From positions 211,110,001 to 211,174,000 of the forward strand of contig OZ024740.1 in NCBI GenBank assembly GCA_964016885.1: DNA of 64,000 nucleotides, in the 5' to 3' direction. Positions 45,039 through 59,202 of the stretch are shown piece after piece. The position numbers and the translations under genes were made by a program. The first letter of the stretch is position 1. The number at the start of each line of letters is the position of its first letter. Origin of the DNA: Eledone cirrhosa. Its lineage: Eukaryota. The notes beneath the pieces are model-generated. The model was not told where the DNA came from, did not search any database, and worked only from the letters and a program-made list of their open reading frames with translations.

Positions 45039-45072
45039 CTTAACTATTTGGACGTTAGTCCTTCATCAGAAG
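45039..45072 (-). ncRNA. Degenerate minimal hammerhead (G12 missing)
   Basis: Minus strand CUU|CUGAUGA-A-GGAC(uaac)GUCC-AAAUAGUU|AAG, ~30 bp from a (TA)n(GA)n tract. Confidence 0.5.
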
Positions 45073-46284
45073 ATAGAATGAGAAGATAGAAAAAGAAATA
45101 GAAAGATAGACAAGAGTAAGGAAAAAAAAAATGGAAAAAAACATTATTCACAGGAAGAAAGTACATGTGTATTTAGTCAACCATTTTTTATATATTTTTT
45201 AAAAAGTTGTACTTTTTTCTCACAGAAATATATCAATGGCCATTATGCAACTTTACTGGGTCTACAAAACCACAATTCAAAATATATGGCTCATTGAAAA
45301 TGTATCTAAAACGCACGTGCATGTGTGTGTGAGATTTAAAAATTAGGCTGTATTATAATAATAATAATATCATTTAAAAAAACATGTGGAAACAGAAATT
45401 CCAGAAAAGACAAGCTCATGAAAGCTGATGAGCGGGAATTGTCCATGTGGTTGTCTCTTTCGAGTTTTCTACATTTCTCCTGCGTGTTATATATATATTA
45501 CAGACCACACTGTAAAGTGGACCTTTTGGTGCCACAATAAAAGGTACCTAGTTCACACTGTAAATGTGGTTAGTATAAGGAAGGGCATCCAGCCATAGAA
45601 ACCAAGCCAAAATCGGTCCAGTGTGAGCAGGACCAAGTCATCTGTTCTGGCATTACTATTTTTTAAACAAACATTTATTAACAACACATATATGAATGAT
45701 GATTGACAAATGTCACATCAATAAACCAGTAACTCCATCTAGCTTTGAAGTTATGAACTGTTGGAAATGAGTTCAAACATGTTAGGGCGAGTTATCTCAC
45801 CTATGGCACTGAAGAGGCTAGACATGTTAGTACTATGTATGGTAGTGGGGTGACTAGGTGGAACTGCTTGGCATTGTGAGGGAACCCTCGATCATCATCC
45901 AGCATTCACACACTTGCTATCAATGAAAGATATCCTTGTCTACCAGGATTAATGTTGGTATCATAAATGGTAAGACTGGTGAGATTATAAAATGCTAGAG
46001 TGGACACAACTGAATGTGAACTGTATACAAGAGGTGGGAGTGTAGGGGAGCTTTAAACAGACTCTTCTCAGGCTAAGAACACGAGTATAAATTGTTCTGA
46101 GTGGGAAATTAGGCAAGGTAGCTGTAACTATTTATTTCTGTGTGCATACTAGAGTTGACATTGTCTGATAGGCAAAAGAAGAGTTTCTATGAGGAGGTTT
46201 CACTTGGAGATCACATCAATAACAAAAGATAGTGACTTCATTACCTTGGCTGGCAAATTTAATGGACATGTTGGGCAACACTAT

Positions 46285-47177
46285 TAAGACTACTTTAGGA
46301 TGCAAGGTGGCTCTGGATATAGGACAAGAAATAAGACTACTTTGGGATGCAAGGTGGCTCTGGATATAGGACAAGAAATAAGACTACTTTGGGATGCAAG
46401 GTGGCTCTGGATATAGGACAAGAAATAAGACTACTTTGGGATGCAAGGTGGCTCTGGATATAGGACAAGAAATAAGACTACTTTGGGATGCAAGGTGGCT
46501 CTGGATATAGGACAAGAAATAAGACTACTTTGGGATGCAAGGTGGCTCTGGATATAGGACAAGAAATAAGACTACTTTAGGATGCAAGGTGGCTCTGGAT
46601 ATAGGACAAGAAATAAGACTACTTTGGGATGCAAGGTGGCTCTGGATATAGGACAAGAAATAAGACTACTTTAGGATGCAAGGTGGCTCTGGATATAGGA
46701 CAAGAAATAAGACTACTTTGGGATGCAAGGTGGCTCTGGATATAGGACAAGAAATAAGACTACTTTAGGATGCAAGGTGGCTCTGGATATAGGACAAGAA
46801 ATAAGACTACTTTAGGATGCAAGGTGGCTCTGGATATAGGACAAGAAATAAGACTACTTTGGGATGCAAGGTGGCTCTGGATATAGGACAAGAAATAAGA
46901 CTACTTTAGGATGCAAGGTGGCTCTGGATATAGGACAAGAAATAAGACTACTTTGGGATGCAAGGTGGCTCTGGATATAGGACAAGAAATAAGACTACTT
47001 TAGGATGCAAGGTGGCTCTGGATATAGGACAAGAAATAAGACTACTTTGGGATGCAAGGTGGCTCTGGATATAGGACAAGAAATAAGACTACTTTAGGAT
47101 GCAAGGTGGCTCTGGATATAGGACAAGAAATAAGACTACTTTGGGATGCAAGGTGGCTCTGGATGTAGGACAAGAAA
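46285..47177 (+). repeat. Minisatellite, 47-bp x19, almost invariant
   Basis: taagactacttt(a/g)ggatgcaaggtggctctggatataggacaagaaa; 893 bp = 19 units. Confidence 0.98.
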
Positions 47178-47359
47178 TAAATCATGAGTCTTGGAGTTCT
47201 ACAATACTAACTTCAGGAAACATAACCAACCACCTATCACTCAGGTGAGCAATCCAGGTTGATTTAATACTTACTAGGAAATAGGATAGACAAATAATTG
47301 TGAATAGTTGTGAATATTTGGGTGACGGAACTAAGACGCAATTTTTTTTTTTTTAATTG

Positions 47360-47610
47360 GTTGATAAGATCCCAGACCTCCTCACTCACCGAGTGGGGTG
47401 GAACTTGTCAAATCAGACCAAAGGAAACTATGTTTCCATTGGTCTCTCCATTGCTGATACTATCTACTGGTTGCAACTCCTGACAGAAAGAGCAATGTCA
47501 AATGAATTGTCTTGCTAAGGATATAACTCATCACCTGATCTGGGATTTGAACTCACAACCTCACAATTGTGAATCCAATTTTATAACCACTTAGCCATTC
47601 GCCTTCACCA
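47360..47610 (-). mobile_element. tRNA-derived CORE-type SINE
   Basis: Minus strand tggctaagtggtta..gagttcaaatccc..atccttagcaagacaatt. Confidence 0.6.
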
Positions 47611-48269
47611 ATATACACTGATGATCGAGTGACTTGAGAGTAAAAGCAAGGCAGGCAGAAACATAAGCAAACTTGGAGAAAGGGGGTGTGGAAATTAAAA
47701 GAACCCTGTTAAACATAGGTTCAGAGAGGATCTAGATGATGAGGAGGAAGAGATAGAGATCTCGAAGAAATAAAATTGGGAGTTTTTATGGGACAACCTG
47801 CTTCATGTCACTGATAAAGTCTGTGACTGGAGTAAGATAGCAGCCAGACAGAAAGTGGCTCTGTGGTGATATGAACAGAGCTACAACATCTAAGAGACAG
47901 GTTTAGAAAGAGTGGAAACAAGAGGACAATAAAGTACAATATCAAATAGCTATAAGAGAGGCAATGCATCAAGTTTATACAGCACAGGGAAAAAGCTGGA
48001 AGCAGGAAGCTATAAGAGAGACTAGGCATAGAGTTTATACAGCTCGTGGGAAAAGCTGAAAACAGGAAGTTTTTCAGATTGCTAAGCAATGTGTCAGGAT
48101 GAATCCAGGTATATTTGTAATGACAATGGCACACTTACTCTCACTAACAAGAAGGAAGATATTATGAAAGGTTGCTAAATGTGAAGATAGCATGGAATGA
48201 AGATAGACTGCTCTGAGAGACACAGAGACCATTTATTGAGGGTGACAGTTATATAGTCGACCAAGTCTG

Positions 48270-48548
48270 TCTCAAACCCAGAAGCTCATCAGGCTGGTGC
48301 TTATCCCAGTTTCCGTGGGATGAAGCGATTAAGAGTACAAGACTCCCCCCCACCTGGACAGGGCATCTGTCCATCGCAGGTTTAAACCCTTGGCTATTGA
48401 TGGTACTCATCTTTAGCTGAGTATACTGGAACAACATGAAATGAAATGTTTTACTCAAGAACACAACACTCAACCCAGTCCAGGAATCGAACCCATGACA
48501 TTATGATCATAAGTCCAACACACTTACCACTAGACCATGCGCCTCCAA
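48270..48548 (-). mobile_element. tRNA-derived CORE/V-type SINE
   Basis: Minus strand tggtctagtggtaag (A box), gggttcgattcc (B box), tgtgttcttgagtaaaacatt (CORE-like). Confidence 0.8.
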
Positions 48549-49639
48549 TTATATAGTTGAAACAACCATTAAATATATGAAATCAGAGAAAGTGGTTGGT
48601 CCCGCAGACATAGTTGATGACATACTAAAAACATCTGGCAATGTAGGGCTCAAGGCAGTTACATAGTCAACTAAGTAATTGAGGAGGGTGTCATACTCAA
48701 TTACTGGTGTAGCAATATCATCAACTGCTATGAAGACAAAGGGGACACGCTAAAAACAAGCATATGTAGCGGTATCAAACAGATGGATCAAATTATGAAA
48801 GTAACAGAAGTTTTAGTAACAGAGAAGATTATGATAAAAATTTGCTTAAATGAGATGCAGTTTGGATTTGTGCCAGGCTCAGCTACTACTGATACCTTCT
48901 TCATAGTGAGACAACTGCAAGAAAAGTTCTTTGTTAAGAGTAACCTACCTATATCTGGCATTCATCAATTTAGTGAAGCCCTGTAATAGGGCTCTACTCT
49001 TTAGTCAGGTCGTCTTTAAGAAAGCTAGGTGCAGATGAATGACTTGTGAGAGCAGTACAAGCCATGTACAAAGATGTCATCAGTAAAGTGAGGGTTGGTA
49101 ATTGGTTTAGGGAAGAATTGATCTCCAATTACAGAGGAATTTAATGGGAAATTATGTATGCTGACAAACTGGTTCTTATAGCTAAGAAGCAGGAATACAA
49201 ACTGTTGAATATATTTTGTAAATATAGCAAATTATGAATGAACAGCAAATCTTTATGGTGCTTGTCCAAAGTAACGTTTCCTTTCACCCTTTCTTCTCTC
49301 TCATTGACAAATGAAATATACATGATGAATGAAATATACATATAGAAAACTATATATTCTTTTTCTCAATTTCATATCTTCCCTTTTTCACAAATCACAA
49401 TTTTGTTTAATACTAACTGGAGATGGGCTCTGCCAGGTCTTAAAATAAAGCCCTAGAAACAGTGTATGTCAATGTGGCACCCCTACGACTCCCTTGTATG
49501 AGTCCATACATACATAATACTGTATTTAGGCATGATGTTATAAATCATTTTAACCAAATGCAGCTGCAATGAATCATAAAATATATTTTTATTTTATTTA
49601 ATCTTATTTTATGTTAATATCACTACAAATATTTAAAAA

Positions 49640-52404
49640 ACGGATCCTTACTAGAAGACGGGACAAAGTGTCTGTTGTAAACACTAAATCCTTCCCCCAT
49701 GAAGAATGCACCTTCCAACATAGCCTAGTAGTTAGTGACCTCATAGTCAAAAATAGACGTACTCGACGACAGAGGAGGCCTACCTTGAGGAGAATAATAT
49801 GGAAGTTGAAGGACCCCATAGCCAGTGACAAATTTAAAAGCTTATTACTTGATGCCTTTGACAATAAGGAAGAGCAATTAGAGACGTGTGATATAGAGGA
49901 ACAGTGGCAATTCTTGAAAGTGAACCTGCTGAAAGCAATGGATGAAATCTGTGGCTGGAGCAGACCTATTGGCAGGAGGAGAGTAACTTAGTGGTGGAAC
50001 AGTAAGGTGGAAGAGACAATCAAGGCCAAAAAACAGGCTTGGAAAGTATGGCAGGGTGGGGGAAGTAGAGAGCACTATCAAGTGGCCAGGAGAGAAGCTA
50101 GGAGACAAGTGAACCTTGCAAAAAGGGAAGCAGAGGATAGAAAGTTCAAGCATGTTCTACAACGTGAGGACCAAAAACGTGAGGTATTCAGGATTGCTAG
50201 ACAATGTGTCAAGGAAAACGGTGATATTGTCGGGGAGAAGTGTGTCCGTAATGATAACGGTGTACTTGCCATCACTGATACTGACAAGAAGATAGCCTGG
50301 AAGTGTCACTACGAGAGACTATTAAATGAGGAGAATAAATGGGAAAAAGATAGTCTGCCCAAAATCCATCCAATAGATGGATCAGCAGTGCAAGTTAAAG
50401 GTAGTATAATAAGTAAGGCAATCAAAGATATGAAGACAAGCAAGGCAGCTGGGCCTTCGGAGATAGTTGCTGAGATGTTGAACGCATCTGGTATGGTGGG
50501 AAACACTATGGTCACCCGTATAGTTAACCAAGTAATACAGAATGGGGTAATACCGAAAGACTGGCGTAGCAGCAGCATCATTAACTGCTACAAGGGTAAT
50601 GGGGATGCTCTAGATAGGGGAAACTATAGAGGCATTAAGTTAGTTGACCAGGTCATGAAGGTGACAGAAAGAGTTATAGCGCAACTAATCAGAGAGCGAA
50701 TTGATTTAGATGAAATGCAGTTTGGGTTTGTGTCAGGTAAAAGTACCACAGATGCTCTTTTCCTTGTACGACAACTACAAGAGAAGTACCTAGCTAAAAA
50801 TAAACCCCTCTACTTAGCTTTTGTAGACCTGGAGAAAGCCTTTGACAGAGTCCCCCGCTCCATTATCTGGTGGGCTCTTAGAAAACTAGCCGTAGATGAA
50901 TGGGTTGTGAGAGCTATACAAGCTATGTATAATGAAACAGTCAGTAAGGTTAGAATTAACAATGAATATTGTCAAGAATTTAGTGTAAAAGTGGCGTTCA
51001 TCAAGGCTCAGTCCTTAGCCCCCTCCTATCTATTATTGCCCTTCAGGCTATAACAGAGGAGTTCAAGACCGGCTGCCCATGGGACCTCCTATATGCAGAT
51101 GATCTAACGCTCATAGCCGAATCAATGGCTTAACTAGAGAAGAAATTCTAAACTTGGAAGCATGGCCTAGAATCAAAAGGCCTTAAAGTTAACTTGTCTA
51201 AGACTAAAGTTCTAGTTTGTAGAAAGGAAAATGGGCACAGGTGCCCTCAGGGAAATGGCCATGCTCAGTGTGTAGGAAAGGAGTAGGCAGAAATTCCATT
51301 TTATGTCCCAAATGCAAAGTATGGGTACATAAAAGATGTAGTGAGATCACAGGTAAACTATCTAAGAACGTAGACTTTATATGTGGCCAATGCTCAGGTG
51401 CAATAAGTAGCTCCTTCTATTGCCCAGATGGTTCTATAGAAATAGTGGACAGCTTCCGTTACTTGGGTGACAAAATCAGCAGTGGTGGAAGGTGTTCTGA
51501 AAGTACGGTAGCTAGAGTCAGAACGGGATGGAAAAAGTTCAGTGAGCTTATACCACTGTTGGCCACAAAAGGTTTCTCTCTAAAAAGGAAAGGCAGATTG
51601 TATGATGCCTGTATACGAACATTAATGCTACATGGCAGTGAGACATGGGCATTGCGTGCAGAGGACCTGCACAGACTGGAAAGGAACGAAGCATGCATGC
51701 TCCGTTGGATGTGTAATAGTAATATACGTGAACAACAAAGCATAAATGAACTAAGTGAGAAATTAGGAATAAGAGGGATCACATGCTGTTTACTCGAGAG
51801 AAGACTACGTTGGTATGGTCACGTGATGCGCATGAAAGACGACACTGTATCAAAAAGTGCAGGCCGATCAAAATAGATAGAAGCTACGAAGTAGGCAGAC
51901 CCAGAAAAACCTGGGACGATTTGATAAATTCCAACCTTACACACTTACACCGCTCCAAGACAATGTCACTGGACCGAGATCTTTGGCGCTACGCAGTTAT
52001 ACAGAAGACCCGCCTTGCCTAAGTACAAAGCGAAACCTACAGTCAGTAGGCACCTCCTAACCAAAAATACACCTCCATCCCACTACCACCACCCCTATCT
52101 ACACCACAACTTTCTCTGTAAAGTTATGTTGGTGCCACAACATCCAGTCCTAAATAAATGAGGTCGTCTAGGTGTCACGACAGAAAACACAGTCCACGCT
52201 GTAATGTGGCCGTGTAGGTAACACGGTAAAAACCTCCCAGTTCCACACTGTAAATGTGGTTGGTGTTAGGAAGGGCATCCAGCCGTAGAAAACCCGCCAG
52301 ACAGTCCTATGCGAGCAAGAGAACCAATCTTGTCTCACATGGGACAATTCCCATCTAAACCCATGCTAAAGTGGAAGATAGACGTTAAACGATGATGATG
52401 ATGA
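49640..52404 (+). mobile_element. 5'-truncated PHD-RTE LINE (APE end, RT, PHD, 3' UTR, (GAT)n)
   Basis: ORFs 49611, 50007, 51241 and 51783: QHSLVVSD, KAAGPS, YKGNGDALDRGNYRGIKL, DLEKAFD; several stops and frameshifts. Confidence 0.97.
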
Positions 52405-52406
52405 TA

Positions 52407-52443
<37 letters not shown>

Positions 52444-52567
52444 ATATAAATATATATACATATATATATATGGTATATATATATGGTATATATATATACA
52501 TATATATATGGTATATATACATATATATATATATGGTATATATATATATATACATATATATATATGG

Positions 52568-52599
<32 letters not shown>

Positions 52600-52668
52600 C
52601 CATATATATATATATGTATATATACCATATATATATGTATATATATACCATATATATGGTATATATAC

Positions 52669-52703
<35 letters not shown>

Positions 52704-52798
52704 CATATATATATATGGTATATATATATACATATATATATATGGTATATATATATACATAAATATATATATACATATATATGGTATATATATATATA
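52404..52798. repeat. (TA)n with TGG/CCA interruptions
   Basis: Recurrent tatatggtata and tataccatat. Confidence 0.95.
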
Positions 52799-53880
52799 CG
52801 CCATGGAAATGTCATTATGAGAGACTGGTGAATGTGGAGAACGAATGGGAGAGAGAGAAATTACCCTTAGTAGATCTGACAGAGGGACCAGCTATTGAGA
52901 TTGACGAATATAGGGTCCAAGTGGTGATTAGGGAAATGAAAAATGGTAAGGCTGCTGGACCATCGGGAATAGTTGCTGAGATGCTGAAGGCATCAGGGGA
53001 CATAGGCACTAAACTGGTTGCACGCATCATCAATCAGGCTATATATGGTGATGTCATACCCAAAGACTGGTGCAGCAGTATTCTCATAAATTGCTACAAA
53101 GGTAAAGGGGATGCTCTGGAGAGCAGCAATTATAGGGGTATAAAACTGATAGATCAGGTTATGAAAGTGGCAGAAAGGATATTAGCACAACTAATTAGAG
53201 AAAGGGTCAAACTAGATGAGATGCAGTTTGGTTTTGTGCCTGGGAAGAGTACAACAGATGCCCTCTTCTTGGTGAGACAATTGCAAGAGAGGTTCTTAGA
53301 GAAAAATAAGCCACTATACTTAGCCTTTGTTAGGGTACTCCGATCTGTCATCTGGTGGTCCCTAAGGAAGCAAGGTGTTGAGGAATGGCTTGTGAGGACA
53401 GTGCAAACTTTGTACAGAGGTACTCTCAGTAAAGTCATGAGAGGAATGGAGTTTAGTGAGGAATTCCAGATACAAGTAGGAGTACATCAGGGTTCGGTCC
53501 TCAGCCCGCTCTTGTTCATTATAGTCCTCCAAGCCATAACAGAGAAGTTTAAGACTGGCTGTCCATGGGAACTTCTCTATGCTGACGATCTGGTTCTTAT
53601 AGCAATCAGTAGAGGAGCTAGAGAATAAATTCTGGCTATGGAAACAGCAGTTGGAAGCAAGAGGACTGAGAGTGAACCTAGCTAAGACAAAAGTGTTGAT
53701 GAGTAGAAAAGAGGACAAAACCCTGATTCCGTCAGGGAAATGTCCATGTTCGATATGCAGAAAAGGAACTGGCATAAATTCTATAAAATGCACACAATGC
53801 AGATCCTGGGTACACAAGAGATGTAGCGGGATAGCAGGCAAACTAACAGGTAGGGAAAAATATGTATGCAGTAGATGTAC
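52799..53880 (+). mobile_element. Internal RTE RT-PHD fragment (different subfamily), cut at both ends by (TA)n
   Basis: [51 protein letters not shown]. Confidence 0.95.
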
Positions 53881-53895
53881 AATATATATATATAT

Positions 53896-53931
<36 letters not shown>

Positions 53932-54241
53932 ATATATACAATATATATATATATATACATACAATATATATATATACAATATATATATATATACAATATA
54001 TATATATATATATACAATATATATATATATACATACAATATATATATATATATATACAATATATATATATATATATACAATATATATATATATACATACA
54101 ATATATATATATATATATACACAATATATATACAATATATATATATATATATATACATACAATATATATATATATATACAATATATATATATATATACAT
54201 ACAATATATATATATATATACAATATATATACAATATATAT

Positions 54242-54277
<36 letters not shown>

Positions 54278-54323
54278 ATATATACAATATATATATATAT
54301 ATATACAATATATATATATATAT

Positions 54324-54400
<77 letters not shown>

Positions 54401-54436
54401 CAATATATATATATATACAATATATATATATATATA

Positions 54437-54491
<55 letters not shown>

Positions 54492-54585
54492 CAATATATA
54501 TATATATATACAATATATATATATATATACAATATATATATATATATACAATATATATATATATATACAATATATATATATATAT

Positions 54586-54641
<56 letters not shown>

Positions 54642-54683
54642 ATATATATATATATACACAATATATATACAATATATATATAT

Positions 54684-54725
<42 letters not shown>

Positions 54726-54840
54726 ATATATATATATATATATACAATATATATATATATATATATACAATATATATATATATATACATACAATATATAT
54801 ACATATATACAATATATATATATATATACATACAATATAT

Positions 54841-54876
<36 letters not shown>

Positions 54877-55784
54877 ATATATACAATATATATATATATA
54901 TACAATATATATATATATATACAATATATATATATATATACAATATATATATATATATATATATACAATATATATATATATATACAATATATATATATAT
55001 ATATACAATATATATATATATATATACAATATATATATATATATATATATATACACTATATATATATATATATATATACACTATATATATATATATACAC
55101 TATATATATATATATATACACTATATATATATATATATATACACTATATATATATATATATATACAATATATATATATATATATATACAATATATATATA
55201 TATATATACAATATATATATATATATATATATACAATATATATATATATATATATATACAATATATATATATATATATACACTATATATATATATACATA
55301 CAATATATATATATATATATATACAATATATATATATATACATACAATATATATATATATATATACAATATATATATATATATATACAATATATATATAT
55401 ATACATACAATATATATATATATATATATATACAATATATATATATATACATACAATATATATATATATATATATACAATATATATATATATACAATATA
55501 TATATATATATATACAATATATATATATATATATATATACAATATATATATATATATATACAATATATATATATATATATATACAATATATATATATATA
55601 CATACAATATATATATATATACATACAATATATATATATATATATACAATATATATATATATATATATATACAATATATATATATATATATATATATACA
55701 ATATATATATATATATATATATATACAATATATATATATATATATATATATACAATAAATATATATATATATACATATACAATA

Positions 55785-55860
<76 letters not shown>

Positions 55861-56425
55861 ATATATATATATATATACAATATATATATATATATATATA
55901 CATATATATACAATATATATACAATATATATATATATATACAATATATATATATATATATATACAATATATATATATATATATATACAATATATATATAT
56001 ACAATATATATATATATATATACAATATATATATATATATACAATATATATATATATATATATACAATATATATATATATATATATACAATATATATATA
56101 TATATACAATATATATATATATATATATACAATATATATACAATATATATATATATATATACAATATATATATATATACAATATATATATATATATATAC
56201 AATATATATATATATATATATACAATATATATATATATACAATATATATATATATATATACAATATATATATATATATATACAATATATATATATATATA
56301 TACACAATATATATATATATATATACAATATATATATATATATACAATATATATATATATATATATACAATATATATATATATATATACAATATATATAT
56401 ATATATATACAATATATATATATAT

Positions 56426-56476
<51 letters not shown>

Positions 56477-56482
56477 TATATT
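53878..56482. repeat. 2.6-kb (TA)n with CAA interruptions
   Basis: Units of tacaa(ta)n; a tacac(ta)n sub-block from ~55050. Confidence 0.98.
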
Positions 56483-57860
56483 ATAAATAGCGCTAATAAC
56501 AATAATAATAATAATACATTAGTTAACGGGGATAACAATAATAGTTTGAATATGAATAATAGTAGAACACCTTTAAATAATAATAATAATAATATGAATA
56601 GTTTAGGGTATAGAAATAATACCGAGAAGAAATGCAACTGTAGAAAGAAGTCAGAATGTCCCTTACAAAATAACTGCCTTGACAAGAATCTAGTATATAA
56701 ATGTACCATTAAGACAAATAATAATATATATAAACTACATTGGTGCCACTTCATCTAAATTTAAGGTTCGTTGGTACAATCATAAAAATTCCTCTTCTAA
56801 ACCAGATAAAAAATGTTCAACCTCACTCTCACAATTAATATGGTCTTTGAAGGACAAGAATATTAAATACTCCATCTCTTGGACTCGGTTAAAGAATGCC
56901 AATTCTTATCGGAACGCATCCATTTCGCTAAACTGCAATCTTTGCAATCTTGAGACTCTATTGATAATTACAAATTATGACAATTTAATTAACAAGAAAA
57001 ATGAATTATTCATCAGCTGCCAACATGAATTCGGTAAAACATTCCAGGCATTGTACAAGTTTCGAAAAAATATTGACAATTAATAATTTTTAAAATATAT
57101 ATATAATTTTTTGCCTTACTGGGGTAATAATTTATTGATGTTTTATTTATTAGAATAATTTCATTAAGAGTCTCTGTATCCTATGTTTTGATTAGGACAG
57201 TTCAATATTTAACTAGACAATTGTTGATTTATGGTTTAAAAATATCACTAGATTTCAGAGTAGATACATGATTTAAATGTTCACATATGGTGAATGAGTT
57301 ATCTTCCTTTTGTTTACATTCTTCGTAAATATTTTTATTCTGTTTGAATAGCTTGCTAAATTATATTTGCCATGAATTATGTAGTTTAATAATATAAGAA
57401 TATCTTTAAAAGGAAACTATAATATGGAATTGCAGAAGTAAATATAAATTAACAAAATAAAACTTTTGAGAGTAAATATAATTGCAATTTAATCCTGTAA
57501 TTATATGATAATTAAAGAATAGAAATGATTTTATAAAGAGAATATCCTATTTAAATTAAATAATCCGGATAAAAAATGATCTTAATATATTATATATATT
57601 GATGGTGATATATGCATATATTTTAATATATATTTTAATGCATGTTTAATAATTATTTAAATTTGCTTTAAAGATAAATTTTTTTTTTTTAAGTTGTAAC
57701 AAAATACTTTAATATATTACCTAAACCAAAAATTATAATCTATAATGAGTTAAATTAAATTATATAAATTTTTAATTAAACTAATTATGTGACGGCTATA
57801 AAAAGTAATGTATATTGATTAATTTTGATATAATATATAAGTATAATTAGCTTAACCATA
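56483..57860 (+). mobile_element. PLE fragment with Cys-rich GIY-YIG (Naiad-like) and AT-rich 3' region
   Basis: CNCRKKSECPLQNNCL..LVYKCTI / frameshift / YIGATS..FKVRWYNH..STSLSQLIWSLK..CNLCNLE..INKKNEL..SCQH; right boundary uncertain. Confidence 0.85.
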
Positions 57861-58283
57861 ATCAAATACAAGAGATATTCCATGGTTTATTGGTTGCCTC
57901 AATTGACCTAATATTTGAAAACAACGGTTTTTTCTATCTATCTCCATATATTTTATGTTCCCTCTCTTTTGTCGTTATTTCTCCTTTTGTCGTTATTGAC
58001 CGGTCATTTACATTTACATACATCTATATTCTTATATATTTGAAACCACGTGTTTACCAACTTGTGAGTACATTTTCCTTTAACTACAAATTATTATATA
58101 CTTTCGTCTTTTCATTAATTTCAAACATCCAAATAACCAGAATATATTTATATATATATACTCATATTTATATATACACTTCTCACTCACACACAAAAAA
58201 AACAAATATCAAGAAAAACAAATATATTGAAATACTTAACTAAAACACACACACACCCACACACACACACACTCAAAACTAGA

Positions 58284-59202
58284 ATGGCTAACCAGCAAAA
58301 ATCCAAACAGAACTGGTCTGATAATGAAATCGACATTCTAATAAACACATGGCATTACCTTACCCAAACAGAAGACATAGATGCTTCTTCATGTCTGAAC
58401 GAAATTGCTAAACGTACAGTTCACCTTTCGAAAACCCGATCTGAACAACAGATTCAAAATAAATTAAAGCAAATCGAAGTTGCTTTTAAATTAATCAATA
58501 AACATTTGGATAAACTATGGTGTGTTTTTTCTTCGGACGCTATCCAGCAGCAGCAACAACAACAACAGCAGCAGCAACGGCAACAACAACAACAGCTACA
58601 ACAACAACAACAGCTACTACAACAACAGCTACAACAACAACAACAACAACAACAACAGCAACACCAACAGTGTGAACCACTCCTTGATTCATCAACAATG
58701 GCCGATCTACTAAATGAAACTATTGACCTCCCAGTAGCCACTGTCTCACAGCAGGAAACGCCTCTTCCTTTCTCTGCCCCAGCAGTCCAATCATCACCAC
58801 TGCCAACATCTCCTCTGCCTACTACTACTACTACATCTTTGCCTACTGCTATCTCAAGGAATTTACCTTCTAATACCAGTACAAGAACTCTCCCTCCCAC
58901 ATAGGTCGTCAAAACGTACTCAAACTATCATCTACACCTCTCACAACACACACACACCCACTCGAAACCCCATCATTTGCCGCTACTCTCTACGCTATAG
59001 AATATGTATGGATAGTGGCTGCAAATTCACCCATTTACCTAGGACAAAACGGTCTATCCCCACAAACAACAGCCACCACCATAATACATACTCTAATTTA
59101 ACACCAACACAACCACCAATAACTCAAACAAGGAATCCACAAATCTGCCGCTTTTCCCAGCGAGACAGATTGTGTTTACACCGGGACTCGTCGGACAAAT
59201 AA
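58284..59202 (+). pseudogene. LINE ORF1: Myb/SANT-like N-terminus, polyQ, S/T/P linker, CCCH fingers (frameshifted)
   Basis: NWSDNEIDILINTW..EIAKR..RSEQQIQNKLKQI; CAA/CAG run 58545-58670; shifted frame ICRYSLRYRICMDSGCKFTH (C-x8-C-x4-C-x3-H). Confidence 0.7.

Larger units (their letters stand above)
45840..49200 (+). mobile_element. Old near-full-length RTE (APE and RT) with nested SINEs and a minisatellite
   Basis: INVGIING, LAGKFNGHVGQ, VDLILTR, IINCY.DKGD, MDQIMKVTE..EMQFGFVPG..TTDTFFIVRQLQEK. Confidence 0.8.

Noticed and set aside
46285-47177. CRISPR-like appearance of regular repeats (also 2710 and 6339)
   Set aside because: Contiguous tandem units with no unique spacers, no cas genes, eukaryotic context
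48470-48548. tRNA gene candidates (also 9280-9355 and 12009-12090)
   Set aside because: A and B boxes are present but continue into SINE bodies; no clean cloverleaf
58454-58912. Poly-Cys ORF on the minus strand and poly-Asn ORF at 58522
   Set aside because: Alternative-frame readings of the CAA/CAG run in ORF1
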